Below, piece by piece: positions 34,747-45,400 of a DNA stretch of 64,000 bases. The stretch comes from a virus. The position numbers and the translations under genes are program-made. Position 1 is the stretch's first letter, and each line of letters starts with the position of its first letter. The DNA is taken from IMG/VR virus record IMGVR_UViG_3300020810_001160, positions 1 through 64,000 of that record, one strand, 5' to 3'. The notes under the pieces are model-generated. The model did not search any database. It had not been told where the DNA came from and saw only the letters and a program-made list of their open reading frames with translations.

Positions 34747-35598
34747 CTATTTTTTACGTTTGTTAACCGTTTTAGTTTTCGGTGCAGGTTTGGTTGCTTT
34801 GTGAGGCATAGATGCGTCTCCAGAAGTTTGTCTGGTCATACTAGGCATCATGTTGTTCAATTCTAAAATGTCATCTCTTATGTTTTGATTTCTTTTTTCG
34901 ATATTGATTATTCTCACAAATGAATTGGTCACTGCCGCTGTGTAATAAGCAAATGGATTGTTAGATTTGGATTCATCAAACTGTAAACCAATCTGTGCCA
35001 ATTGCAGTATGGCTTGTCCCTGCATTTCGTCATTGTACGTGTAACCTCTCACGTTACCTCTGGTACCATATCGTTCACACAGTTTCATCCACATTTTTGC
35101 CAATTCGTTGGTGGCTTTGCCGGCTTCTTTGTTAAAACGACCATTCTGCATTCCACCTTCCCAATGACTTTTGCCCACACAAATCAAATTGCCTTTTCTA
35201 TCATATTTCCAATGCTGAAATGGAGGAAAGTTCACTTTGATCTTGCCATCTGCCACTGTTTTAGGATTTCTTTTTCTGCCAGGTTCATCTGGCACGTGCT
35301 CATAGGTCATCACTCTGAACACCAGATCATCCTTGTCTATTTTACGATAATCTATCTCGCATTCGCTCAGTTTGGTCTTGGGATTAGCGGCTTTGCGTTT
35401 TTCGTACTCTTGCTGTGTTAATTTCTTGGCTTTGTTTCTTTTGGCTTGGGCCACAGATCTTATGTTTATTGCATCTACATTTTTAACAATCAGATCATAA
35501 CTGGAATAAGCATCGTCTGTAAAACTACAAAATGACGTTTTAGACTTGTGAATTTCTTCCAAAAGGTCTTTATTATTAAGATAATTGACTTTTTTCAT
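34747..35598 (-). CDS. gp55: Late transcription sigma factor
   Basis: NYLNNKDLLEEI; GYTYNDEMQGQAI; FDESKSNNPFAYYT...NSFVRIINIEKRNQ; located upstream of gp47-gp46 as in T4-like phages. Confidence 0.85.
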   Translation of the reverse strand: MKKVNYLNNKDLLEEIHKSKTSFCSFTDDAYSSYDLIVKNVDAINIRSVAQAKRNKAKKLTQQEYEKRKAANPKTKLSECEIDYRKIDKDDLVFRVMTYEHVPDEPGRKRNPKTVADGKIKVNFPPFQHWKYDRKGNLICVGKSHWEGGMQNGRFNKEAGKATNELAKMWMKLCERYGTRGNVRGYTYNDEMQGQAILQLAQIGLQFDESKSNNPFAYYTAAVTNSFVRIINIEKRNQNIRDDILELNNMMPSMTRQTSGDASMPHKATKPAPKTKTVNKRKK

Positions 35599-35624
35599 TA
35601 GTATTCCTTTTTATATATCTCTTC

Positions 35625-35653
35625 ATTATAAACTACTCAGTTAATTTTGTCAA
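35625..35653 (-). promoter_or_regulatory. Consensus sigma70 promoter for gp55
   Basis: TTGACA (35653-35648), 17-nt spacer, TATAAT (35630-35625). Confidence 0.85.
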
Positions 35654-35659
35654 TAAATA
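35652..35659 (+). promoter_or_regulatory. Putative late promoter AATAAATA for the baseplate operon
   Basis: Upstream of AGGAG and the ATG at 35678. Confidence 0.65.
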
Positions 35660-35677
35660 AATGTAGGAGTATAACAA

Positions 35678-36622
35678 ATGGCTTTTGGCGACAATTTTCT
35701 GAAACAAGCAGTGGACAGCATTAACAATGTTAATGTGTCTGAGTTCACTCAAAAGGGCAAAGACATAGCAAAAAACCTTCAAGGATTTCTGGACACAGGA
35801 GCAAACACATTAGGTAAAACACTGGACAGTGCTACAAATTTATTGGCAGGCAAAGCCAAAAGAATGAAAAGTCAACTATCAAAGTTTACTGATGCTAAAA
35901 TAGATCTAAAAGCAGGTCCAGTTCAAGTAACTTGGAACGCTGGCGGTAAACAACAAGGTCCTGAAGATTTAGATTGGCGTGTGAGTTTATCGATTCCTCA
36001 AAATGTTAAAACTATAATGTCTGGATCATCAACATTGTTAGATCCTTTGAAAACAACAGGCAATAAATTAGTTTTTCCTTATACACCAACAGTTTTGGTA
36101 GGACACAGTGCTAACTGGAATCCGATGCAACCAGTTCACACCAACTATCCTTTTTATGCTTATGAAAATTCACGTGTGGATCAGATGACCATCACAGCAG
36201 ACTTTTATGTACAAAATCAACAAGAAGCACAATATTGGGTGGCGGCAGTTCATTACTTAAGAACGATGACCAAAATGGCATATGGACAATCACCAGACAG
36301 AGGACAACCACCACCAGTGGTTTACCTGAATGGTTATGGAGATTTCACTTTTAACAATGTGCCGGTTATAATCACAAACTTTCAGTTTGATTTGAAAAGA
36401 GAAGTTGATTACGTCAGTACAAAATTAAACGTAGGCGGATCCACGGCAGTAGATACTGGTGATGTAACATCAGATACATCTTCGGGAAAATATGCTTGGG
36501 CACCAACAGAAAGTTTATTAACAATTGGTGTTGTTCCGCAGTACAGTAGAACAAAACAAACGCAATTCAATTTGAAAGATTATGTTAAGAATGGTGGATT
36601 GAAAGGAGATGGATTTATTTAA
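35678..36622 (+). CDS. Baseplate/tail tube initiator-like protein
   Basis: LVFPYTPTV, MTITADF, HYLRTMTKM.YG...G.PPPVVYLNGYG..FNNVPVIITNF resemble contractile-tail tube initiators; precedes the gp53-like gene. Confidence 0.6.
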   Translation: MAFGDNFLKQAVDSINNVNVSEFTQKGKDIAKNLQGFLDTGANTLGKTLDSATNLLAGKAKRMKSQLSKFTDAKIDLKAGPVQVTWNAGGKQQGPEDLDWRVSLSIPQNVKTIMSGSSTLLDPLKTTGNKLVFPYTPTVLVGHSANWNPMQPVHTNYPFYAYENSRVDQMTITADFYVQNQQEAQYWVAAVHYLRTMTKMAYGQSPDRGQPPPVVYLNGYGDFTFNNVPVIITNFQFDLKREVDYVSTKLNVGGSTAVDTGDVTSDTSSGKYAWAPTESLLTIGVVPQYSRTKQTQFNLKDYVKNGGLKGDGFI

Positions 36623-36924
36623 TGACAGTTTATAATTCATCAAGTCCGTATGCTTCTACACAAATAGTTGATGATCAATATCTTGATCTGTTAACGATCA
36701 GACCAATTCCAGCCAAACCAGATGACATACTTTATACAGTAGAACCTCAATACAATCACAGACCAGACTTGTTGGCTTATGATCTTTACGGCAATCAAAA
36801 ATTATGGTGGGTATTTGCTCAACGCAACATGGACACTATTTCAGATCCTGTATATGATCTCGTATCGGGCGTAGAAATTTATCTTCCTCAAGGACCTGCT
36901 CTTAGAGAATTACTAGGAGTATAA
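36622..36924 (+). CDS. gp53: Baseplate wedge protein, gp53-like (LysM-like)
   Basis: YTVEPQYNHRPDLLAYDLYGNQKLWWVFAQRN...GVEIYLP. Confidence 0.8.
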   Translation: MTVYNSSSPYASTQIVDDQYLDLLTIRPIPAKPDDILYTVEPQYNHRPDLLAYDLYGNQKLWWVFAQRNMDTISDPVYDLVSGVEIYLPQGPALRELLGV

Positions 36925-36925
36925 A

Positions 36926-39391
36926 ATGAGTTATCGAAATAAGTTCGACAAAAAAATAAAATCAACAAAGATCAATGATGCTGTAAAGGTAATTGACGGG
37001 GGAAAGCAAAAAAATTCCGCATTATGGGGATCAGGTAATGGAACTGCTGGTTCTATAGGTGCAGAAACAGAATATTATGTAGATGATAATAAAAAAACAA
37101 CAGACACAGATAAAAAGAAAAAGCATACAATTACAAATTTATTCACAAGAAATTATGTAAGAAATCCTCTGCATGATTTTCAATCATACAATGTAATTTT
37201 TACAGTGGCGGCACTAACTTTGGAAGAAGTTAATTTTCCAGATGTACTTTATAAAAGAGCTCCGTTATTTCCAGTGGCTCAATCAGCAGGTAAAACCGGA
37301 CCAGAAGTTACATTTTATAAAGACGCAGGATTAAATCTTGAATATTTTGTAGATGATGTTGAAATAAATGCAGTGGTAGGACCATCCAAAAAGAACAAGC
37401 ACACTCAATTTACAACAATGACATTTAACATCAAGGAACCTTTCAGTATAGGATTATTTTTCCAAACACTTAATATACAAGCCGTAAAAGCATCTGGCGA
37501 TGCAGATGTGAATTATCTTAAAGCACCATATGGTCTAATTGTGGACTTTGTAGGTGTAGATGCTGAAGGAAAAAGTTTCAATAATGAAGAATTAAGAAAA
37601 GTTATACCTTTTTATTTTAAGTCAGCACAACTTCGAGCAGATACATCAGGAGCGATATATGAATGTTCTGCAGTACCAGTAACCGAGTATGGTCTTTTAA
37701 CAGTTAACAACGCAATTAAACACGATATTACACTGTCTGGTAAAACTGTTTATGAAATGTTACAACAAGGTGATCAAAGTTTAATGGGACAATTAAACTT
37801 TAAAGGAGAGACCGATAAAAAAGCCAAGAAAAAAACAAAAGTAACCACAGTGCCTACTGATGATTATATTGTGTATTTTCCAAACAATCTTTCTAGAACA
37901 ATCACTGAACAACAACGTAAAGTGATTACAGAAGATAGAGCAGTGATCGTTGCCGACAACGCAGAGTACAGCTCGAAATTTGAAACAGAGAAAAGAGACA
38001 CCGCAGTAGAAACACTTTTAGGTAACGACGTTATAGTTACTAATGAATTCAACGGCACAGGTGGTAAAGGAATAAGAGTTTTTCAAACAGTAGAAGAAGA
38101 TGCTGATTCAGGAACAACGTTTTTAGGAAACGAAATTGGAGAAGCCAAAATGGCTATCGCTCCTGGTAATATGGCTATTATAGGAAAAACGTTTCCAGAA
38201 TTTGAAGAAAAATATGACAAAAGGAAAAAAACTTTCACTAGAGACAAAATTACTCTTGATTTGAAAAAAATGACTTTAAGTTTTGCCAAAGGGTCTTATA
38301 TCACAGACATAATAGAAACAGTGATCTTGTTGTCAGAATACAGTTTAAATTTAACTAAAAACCCAGATGAAATTAAAAATAAGCCCAAAGGTGGTCATCC
38401 TTGGTTTAGAATTGTAACAAAGTGCTTTGAATTAAAAGATTCATACATACAGTCCTTAATAAAACAAAATCCCAAAGTGGCTGTTTACAGTGTTGTACCA
38501 TATATTGTACCAGATGAACTGTTTATTGATCCAGGCACTTATTCAGAAGGAACCACACAGATTAGAAATAATATCATCAAAGGTTACAATTATCTATACA
38601 CAGGGTTGAATGAAGACATACTAGATTTTAGACTGGATTATAATTTTGCTTTTTATAATTCTGTTGTGCCTAAAATGGATAAAAGTTCAAATACTTCTGC
38701 GGCAGGTAAAGGAAAAACTGCTGAAAACAATGCCACAGTAGAGGTAGAAAAGAATTATGTAATAGAGCCCAGACCAAATGAATTAAAAGGAGGGGGAGGC
38801 AGTCTAACAAACAGACCAGAAGATGATATAATTGCCGGAGAAGAAGGATCAGAAAATGAATCAATTGAATTAAAAATTGCTAGATCCATGAACAAAAGAA
38901 TTATTAATTCAAATGTGGATTTATTAAATTTAGACATGACAATTATAGGTGATCCATATTTTTTACCCAGCAGTGGTATGATGAACACTGATGAACCTGT
39001 GAGAACATATGTGGATAGGAGAGGATTTCGCAATGCGGACGGTTCACTTACAGCATCAGGATCTGTGTATGGAAACGGTAGAGGTGAACTTAATTATGTG
39101 GACAGAATGTGCTACATAGAAGTCAATTTTCAAACGCCAATTGATGTGCAAACAGGAGGCAATCATATGATATTTCCTACCACGGGCGGATATGTTAACG
39201 GTATGAACGAATCTGTGCGTTTGGGAGAATTCAGTGGTTTGTATAGAGTACAAAAAATTGTGAATTCATTCAGACAAGGAAAATTTGAACAAACACTCAC
39301 AGTGATACGAAGTGGCAATATGTCAGTGGATGCTAAAGAAGGATCCAATGAAAATAAAAAAACTATCACTGAAACTGAAGGATCAAACTAA
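36926..39391 (+). CDS. Baseplate hub protein (gp27-like position and motifs)
   Basis: 821 aa between gp53 and gp5; C-terminal LDMTIIGDP and SGLYRV.KIVNSF..GKFEQTL. Confidence 0.6.
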   Translation: MSYRNKFDKKIKSTKINDAVKVIDGGKQKNSALWGSGNGTAGSIGAETEYYVDDNKKTTDTDKKKKHTITNLFTRNYVRNPLHDFQSYNVIFTVAALTLEEVNFPDVLYKRAPLFPVAQSAGKTGPEVTFYKDAGLNLEYFVDDVEINAVVGPSKKNKHTQFTTMTFNIKEPFSIGLFFQTLNIQAVKASGDADVNYLKAPYGLIVDFVGVDAEGKSFNNEELRKVIPFYFKSAQLRADTSGAIYECSAVPVTEYGLLTVNNAIKHDITLSGKTVYEMLQQGDQSLMGQLNFKGETDKKAKKKTKVTTVPTDDYIVYFPNNLSRTITEQQRKVITEDRAVIVADNAEYSSKFETEKRDTAVETLLGNDVIVTNEFNGTGGKGIRVFQTVEEDADSGTTFLGNEIGEAKMAIAPGNMAIIGKTFPEFEEKYDKRKKTFTRDKITLDLKKMTLSFAKGSYITDIIETVILLSEYSLNLTKNPDEIKNKPKGGHPWFRIVTKCFELKDSYIQSLIKQNPKVAVYSVVPYIVPDELFIDPGTYSEGTTQIRNNIIKGYNYLYTGLNEDILDFRLDYNFAFYNSVVPKMDKSSNTSAAGKGKTAENNATVEVEKNYVIEPRPNELKGGGGSLTNRPEDDIIAGEEGSENESIELKIARSMNKRIINSNVDLLNLDMTIIGDPYFLPSSGMMNTDEPVRTYVDRRGFRNADGSLTASGSVYGNGRGELNYVDRMCYIEVNFQTPIDVQTGGNHMIFPTTGGYVNGMNESVRLGEFSGLYRVQKIVNSFRQGKFEQTLTVIRSGNMSVDAKEGSNENKKTITETEGSN

Positions 39392-40875
39392 TGGCAACAC
39401 CGTCAAAAAGAAAATCATTTGCAGTAGATCCAAAGAAAGATAAAGGACCTTTTGAAGCCATTGTGAGGAATGTGTTGGATCCCAAATACAGCGGAGCAAT
39501 TGAAGTTGAATTACTCAAAACACTGTCATCTGGCAATACCACAACCACAGGACAATTTGTCACTGCCAAATATTTAAATCCATTCTATGGCACAACCTAT
39601 GTGGGCGGCTTAACAAAAAACAAAGATCATAGAGACAGCCAACAGAGTTACGGTATGTGGTTTGTGCCACCCGATGTGGGCAACAGAGTACTGATACAAT
39701 TTATTGAAGGCAATATCAACAGAGCCTATTGGGTAGGATGTATTCCACAGGAACTGATGAATGTGATGATTCCAGGTTCTACACCTGCCATGACCAACAC
39801 TGACACAACAGATTCTGCACATCAAGAAGATCCTGCTGATGCAGATATCAGAGGCAAAAAAATGCCTGTGGGAGATCACAACAAATTAAAATTTTCCGAC
39901 AAGCCAGTGGACAAACCATTACAGATCAAAAAGCCTATCAACAGATTATTCAAAGCAGTGTTAGAAACACAAGGCTTAATAGCAGATGAAACCAGAGGTT
40001 TAACCACATCAAGTGCTAGACGTGAAGTGCCTTCCAGTGTGTTTGGAATTAATACACCAGGACCAATAGACAAAGTATTCACACAAAATAAAGAAGTCGC
40101 CACAGCAAGATTGGGCGGAACATCATTTGTGATGGATGACGGTGATGATAAATTTATTAGAAAAACATCTGCAAAAACAGGACCTTTTGATTATGTGAAT
40201 GTTGAAACAACAGAAACAATCACCGAAGGCGAAAAGAATATTCCACACAATGAATTATTTAGAATACGTACTCGTACAGGACATCAAATACTGTTGCACA
40301 ATTCAGAAGATCTTGTGTACATTGCCAACGCCAATGGTACAGCATGGATTGAAATGACTGCCAACGGCAAGATAGATTTCTTTGCCCAAGACAGTGTGAG
40401 CATTCACTCTCAAACAGATTTTAATTTCAAAGCAGACAGAGATGTGAATGTGGAGGCAGGACGCAGTATAAATCTTAAAGCAAGAAGCAGTATCACAGAA
40501 GAATCTCTAGGCAGTCACACAGTGACAGTGGGAACCAATCAAACAATCACAGTTGCTAATTTACAAACTGTGTCGGTGGGAACAACCAATCATTATGCCA
40601 CAGGAAATATCAATCAGGATACTGGTGGAGTGATAAATCTAAACAATGGCTTTGCTGTTGAAACTCCTCCTACACCTTTGAGTACTCATGAAAATCCAGG
40701 TGAGAGTTACGGTAATATCATGAAGAGGGTGCCTCAGCACGAACCATGGAGTCATCATGAAAATTATGATCCACAAGCAGTTTCTACGGCAAAAACAGAT
40801 AGAACCACAATTGAACAAGTGTCTGTGAAAGAACCAAACAATATTCCTGACACATTTAAAAATGCGAGAACATAG
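39391..40875 (+). CDS. gp5: Central spike protein, gp5/VgrG-like
   Basis: OB-fold motif GMWFVPPDVGNRVLIQFIEGNINRAYWVG; RTRTGHQI; C-terminal beta-strand repeats; no lysozyme domain evident. Confidence 0.8.
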   Translation: MATPSKRKSFAVDPKKDKGPFEAIVRNVLDPKYSGAIEVELLKTLSSGNTTTTGQFVTAKYLNPFYGTTYVGGLTKNKDHRDSQQSYGMWFVPPDVGNRVLIQFIEGNINRAYWVGCIPQELMNVMIPGSTPAMTNTDTTDSAHQEDPADADIRGKKMPVGDHNKLKFSDKPVDKPLQIKKPINRLFKAVLETQGLIADETRGLTTSSARREVPSSVFGINTPGPIDKVFTQNKEVATARLGGTSFVMDDGDDKFIRKTSAKTGPFDYVNVETTETITEGEKNIPHNELFRIRTRTGHQILLHNSEDLVYIANANGTAWIEMTANGKIDFFAQDSVSIHSQTDFNFKADRDVNVEAGRSINLKARSSITEESLGSHTVTVGTNQTITVANLQTVSVGTTNHYATGNINQDTGGVINLNNGFAVETPPTPLSTHENPGESYGNIMKRVPQHEPWSHHENYDPQAVSTAKTDRTTIEQVSVKEPNNIPDTFKNART

Positions 40876-40886
40876 AGGAGATTGAT

Positions 40887-41633
40887 ATGTCATTTAGTAT
40901 TCCATCATCTGTCACAGATAGTTTATCCGGTATGCAGGCATCTGCAGGTGATCTTACCAAAGTGGGAGGCGAAGCCTGTGATGTGATGGGCACACTGGGA
41001 GCCAGCGTTGGTGGAGACGCCATAGCCAAAGCCAGAGAAGCAGAACTTCAAATACAAGCCAACATTCCAAAACTCACTGCCAACGCAGGACTGATGCAGA
41101 CAGCGATTGCTGATTTAGGACCATTGTTAGAACAAGCAGATTCTTTAATTCCAACAGACTTTGGCGGTAATGCACTATCACCTCAGAACATAGACGATGA
41201 TCAGAGACAGATAATATCTGCGAATGCTCAAGCCATAAATGATGCCATGGCACAGTTTGGCAGTGTGGGAGCAAACATTTCAAGTTCGATGGCATCATCA
41301 GTAACTGATATGTCGGCTTCTGTGGAAGCACTTAAACCTCAACTCAACGTTGCTGTGCAGACAATCTCAGCAGGAGGATGTAAAGGTGTAGAAAATCAAT
41401 TGTCAGGCATAGCAGAAGGAGTGGCTCCACAACTGGACGCAATTAAAACTCAATTGGAGACAAAAACAATTCCCAGTCTAGAACCACAAGTGAATGCACT
41501 ATTAGATCAAGCCAAGGATACAGCCGCTCAGGCAGGCGCGGCATTTGAAGCCAATCAAGGAGCAATCACAGAAGCCGCAGATGCAATGAAGGCATCAATC
41601 ACTTCAGCATTACAAGGAGTACAATTACCATAA
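40887..41633 (+). CDS. Ala/Gln/Ser-rich helical hypothetical protein
   Basis: 248 aa; GAGGAG RBS; lies between the spike and PAAR genes. Confidence 0.7.
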   Translation: MSFSIPSSVTDSLSGMQASAGDLTKVGGEACDVMGTLGASVGGDAIAKAREAELQIQANIPKLTANAGLMQTAIADLGPLLEQADSLIPTDFGGNALSPQNIDDDQRQIISANAQAINDAMAQFGSVGANISSSMASSVTDMSASVEALKPQLNVAVQTISAGGCKGVENQLSGIAEGVAPQLDAIKTQLETKTIPSLEPQVNALLDQAKDTAAQAGAAFEANQGAITEAADAMKASITSALQGVQLP

Positions 41634-41634
41634 C

Positions 41635-41958
41635 ATGGCAAGGGGAATAGCAAGAATTGGTGACAGAACAGATGGTACTTGTTATCATCCCAGTCATCTT
41701 GTGCCGCTAGCCACAGGAGGCACCATCATCACAGGATCCAGCAAAGTGGTGTGTGATGGCAATAGATTGGCGGCAACACTGGGAGATGAAGTGGAAACAG
41801 ATTGTGGTCACATTGCTTATATTATTACAGCAACAGCCAAAGTGTTGATAGGACACAAGGCTCAATTTGTGGCAAGGCTGGGAGATCAGATTGACGATGG
41901 CGCTCCCTACAAAGCCAAAATTGTCACGGCAAGCAATAAGACATTTCCACAAGGTTAA
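41635..41958 (+). CDS. PAAR-like spike tip protein (gp5.4-like)
   Basis: Three repeats ARIGD, ATLGD, ARLGD; GTIITGSSKV; Cys/His metal ligands. Confidence 0.8.
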   Translation: MARGIARIGDRTDGTCYHPSHLVPLATGGTIITGSSKVVCDGNRLAATLGDEVETDCGHIAYIITATAKVLIGHKAQFVARLGDQIDDGAPYKAKIVTASNKTFPQG

Positions 41959-41966
41959 ATATCAAT

Positions 41967-42407
41967 ATGGCACATAAAAAATTATACAAAGAGATCACAG
42001 TAGGACCGAGTATTAGTCCCAAACAACCACCTAGCCAAAGAATTTATAGAGGGATCAGCACAGTTAATCCAGACAACACAAATTTTGCTCTTAACGATAT
42101 TGGTTTAATCAAACAAGACTTATTAAATCATTTTCATATCAGTCAAGGCGAAAAGTTGGAGAATCCAGAGTTTGGCACAATCATTTGGGATTTGATACAT
42201 GATCCTATGACACCAGACCTACAAGAAGCAATTAAACAAGATGTGGTGAAAATTATAGAAAATGATCCAAGAATTAGAGCTGATTCTGTGATTATTACTC
42301 CATTTGAAGCAGGCATACAGATTGAAGTTGAATTAACATATGTCAAATATAATGTGTCTGAAAAATTAAGACTAACATTTGACGAGAATAATGGATTACT
42401 GAATTAA
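41967..42407 (+). CDS. gp25: Baseplate wedge/sheath initiator
   Basis: LIKQDLLNHF...GEK..NPEFGT.IWDLI.DP...I...DPRI. Confidence 0.88.
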   Translation: MAHKKLYKEITVGPSISPKQPPSQRIYRGISTVNPDNTNFALNDIGLIKQDLLNHFHISQGEKLENPEFGTIIWDLIHDPMTPDLQEAIKQDVVKIIENDPRIRADSVIITPFEAGIQIEVELTYVKYNVSEKLRLTFDENNGLLN

Positions 42408-42456
42408 ATGCTCACATTATACAAACAAATAAATAACACTATTAAAAAGGAAACCA

Positions 42457-45400
42457 ATGTCATCCACAGATAGACAAAATAGATTATTGTTAGCAGAAGA
42501 CTGGAAAAGAGTTTATCAGTCATATAAAAATGCGGAATTCAAAAGTTACGACTTTGATACTATCCGTAGAACAATGATTCAATACATAAGACAGAACTAT
42601 CCAGAAGATTTCAACGATTACATTGAATCATCAGAGTATCTAGCACTGATAGATTTGGTAGCGTTCCTAGGACAAAACTTGGCTTTCAGAACAGATTTAA
42701 ATGCTAGAGAAAATTTTTTAGAAACTGCTGATAGACGTGATTCAATTTTAAGATTAGCAAGACTTATCAGTTACAATCCTACTAGAAATCAATGTGCAAA
42801 TGGTTTGATGAAAATCGTAGGAATAAGCACAACGGAAGATATTGTAGATAGCAATAATTTAAATTTAAGCAATCAAACAATCAGTTGGAACGATGCAAGT
42901 AACCCAAATTGGTACGAACAATTTGTAAAAGTTTTAAATGCTTCACTTGCCGAAAATGAAAAATTTGGTAGCCCAGTTAAGTCATCAAACATAGATGCTA
43001 TACCAACCAGTCAATACAGAGTCAATGCTAACAACACAGATGTTCCTGTTTACTCTTTTACAAAATCTGTAAACGGACAAAGTTTACCTTTTGAAATTGT
43101 TTCAACATCGTTTGACAACGGTGCTATCATGGAAGAGGCTCCGTTAGTAGGTAGACGTTTCAGTTTACTTCATAGAGACGATGGTAAAGGCAATGCTTCA
43201 AACAATACAGGATTTTTTGTTCATTTTAGACAAGGTGTATTAGATCAAGGTAATTTTTCAGTTGATGTTCCAAGCAATAATCAATCAGTATCTATTGAGG
43301 CTAGCAATATTAACAATACAGATGTTTGGTTATATCAATTAGATGTGGACACAGGATTAGAAGATACACTTTGGACAAAAGTTGATTCTGTTACAGGTAA
43401 TAATGTAATCTATAATTCAACAGCAAAAAGTGTTAAAAATATTTACACAGTATTGAGTGACACAGACGATTCAATCAGTTTAAAATTTGCTGACGGTATA
43501 TTTGGAAATCTTCCACAAGGAAATTTTAGAACTTACTACAGAAGAAGTAAAAATCAAAATGTTAGAATTGTGCCTGCAGATATGCAGAATGTTCAAATTG
43601 ATGTTCAATATGTTTCTGCTAACAATCAAATTGAAGTTTTAACTTTAACAATGGGTCTTCAGTACACAGTGGACAATGCTACAACTTCTGAAACAAACAA
43701 CAACATTAGATTAAACGCTCCAGCAACTTATTACACACAAAATAGAATGATAACAGGAGAAGATTATAATGTTGCTCCGTTGGGAACTAATCAAGAAATT
43801 ATAAAAGTAAAAGCAGTTAATAGAACTTCTAGCGGAATTTCAAGATATTATGATTTGATAGATTCAACAGGCAAGTACAGCAACACAAATATTTTTGGTG
43901 CTGATGGATCAATTTACAAAGAAGAAACAGAAAACTTAGATACATTTAGTTTTTCTACACAAACAGATATAGAAGGTGTTATTATTAATCAATTGGAACC
44001 TTTGTTATCAAAAAATCAAACAAGAAATTATTACATTGAAAAATTCCCTAAAATATTTTTAAATGATTTGAATCCTGTATGGCAACAGGTTACTAAATCA
44101 ACCAATGAATCAACAGGAAAATTAATCGATGCTGTAAACGTTTTAGATTATCAAGTGGGAACATTCACAGCCAGTCAATTGAAATATGTTGAACCAGGTG
44201 CTATGATTAAGTTTGTGGCTCCCGCAGGACAACATTTTATGGCTGATAATTCATTGATGACAGGTGTAGCGGATCATCCAGGCGCTAAAGATTATATTTG
44301 GACATCAGTTGTTAGTGTGTTGAATGATGGTGTTGCTAATTCAAGCACAGGAGAAGGTGCTATAAAATTTAACGATGTTATTCCAACAGGTGCTATTGCT
44401 ATACAGATATTACCAAAATTTGCAAAACAGTTCACTAACGATATCAAAACAATCATAATAGATCAAGCATTTGCTTATAATAATTTTGGAATAAGGTATG
44501 ATGTTGCTAGTAGATCATGGCAAGTGATTGATGAAAATAATTTAGATGTTTACGGTACATTTAGTACAGGTAAAACAGGCGACACATCAAACCAACAGTT
44601 GGACAGCAGTTGGTTAATCAAATGTATTACAAATGGTGCAACATACACCATCACATACAGAGGATTAAGATATGTGTTTGAAAGTAAAAGAGAAGTAAGA
44701 TTTTTCTATGATAGTGCTGACAGAAACTTTAATGCTCAAACAGGAGTTACATTACAAGATAAAGTTTCTGTGTTATCGATCAACACAAAACCTGATGTTG
44801 TAGCATCATTTACAAATGATATCAACTTTGCTGTATCAACAGAATACAGAACTTTGAGTGGATATGTAGACAGTTCTAAATTAGAATTAACACAGTTTGA
44901 TTCTGATCAAGATGGTATTGTTGATAATCCAGATGCATTTAACCTTGTTGTAGATCCAGCAACTAATTCTAGCACAAAATATGTTTTCCAAAAACTTGTG
45001 AGTGAATCAGATGGAACACAAAGATATCAATATGTTAATGCTACAGATGAAAAAATTTATATTAGACAAACTTCAGTAGGTGCTATTGGAGATTACACAA
45101 ACGGATCGATTGTTTACCTGATTGACAGTGACAGTTTCAAACAAATAAACTCCACAACTAATACAACATCAAACATTACAAATTATGTGGCTCACGTGGG
45201 TAGAGATAATATCAAATTCCAATATGTTCACACTGTGGATGGTAACACAAGATTGGATCCAAGTTCATCTAACATAATAGATATGTATGTTTTAACAAGA
45301 ACATATGATATCAATTTTAGATTATGGTTAGCAGGTGTAACAACTACTAAACCTTTATTGCCTAGTAATGATTCGTTATACACAAATTATAACACACCAT

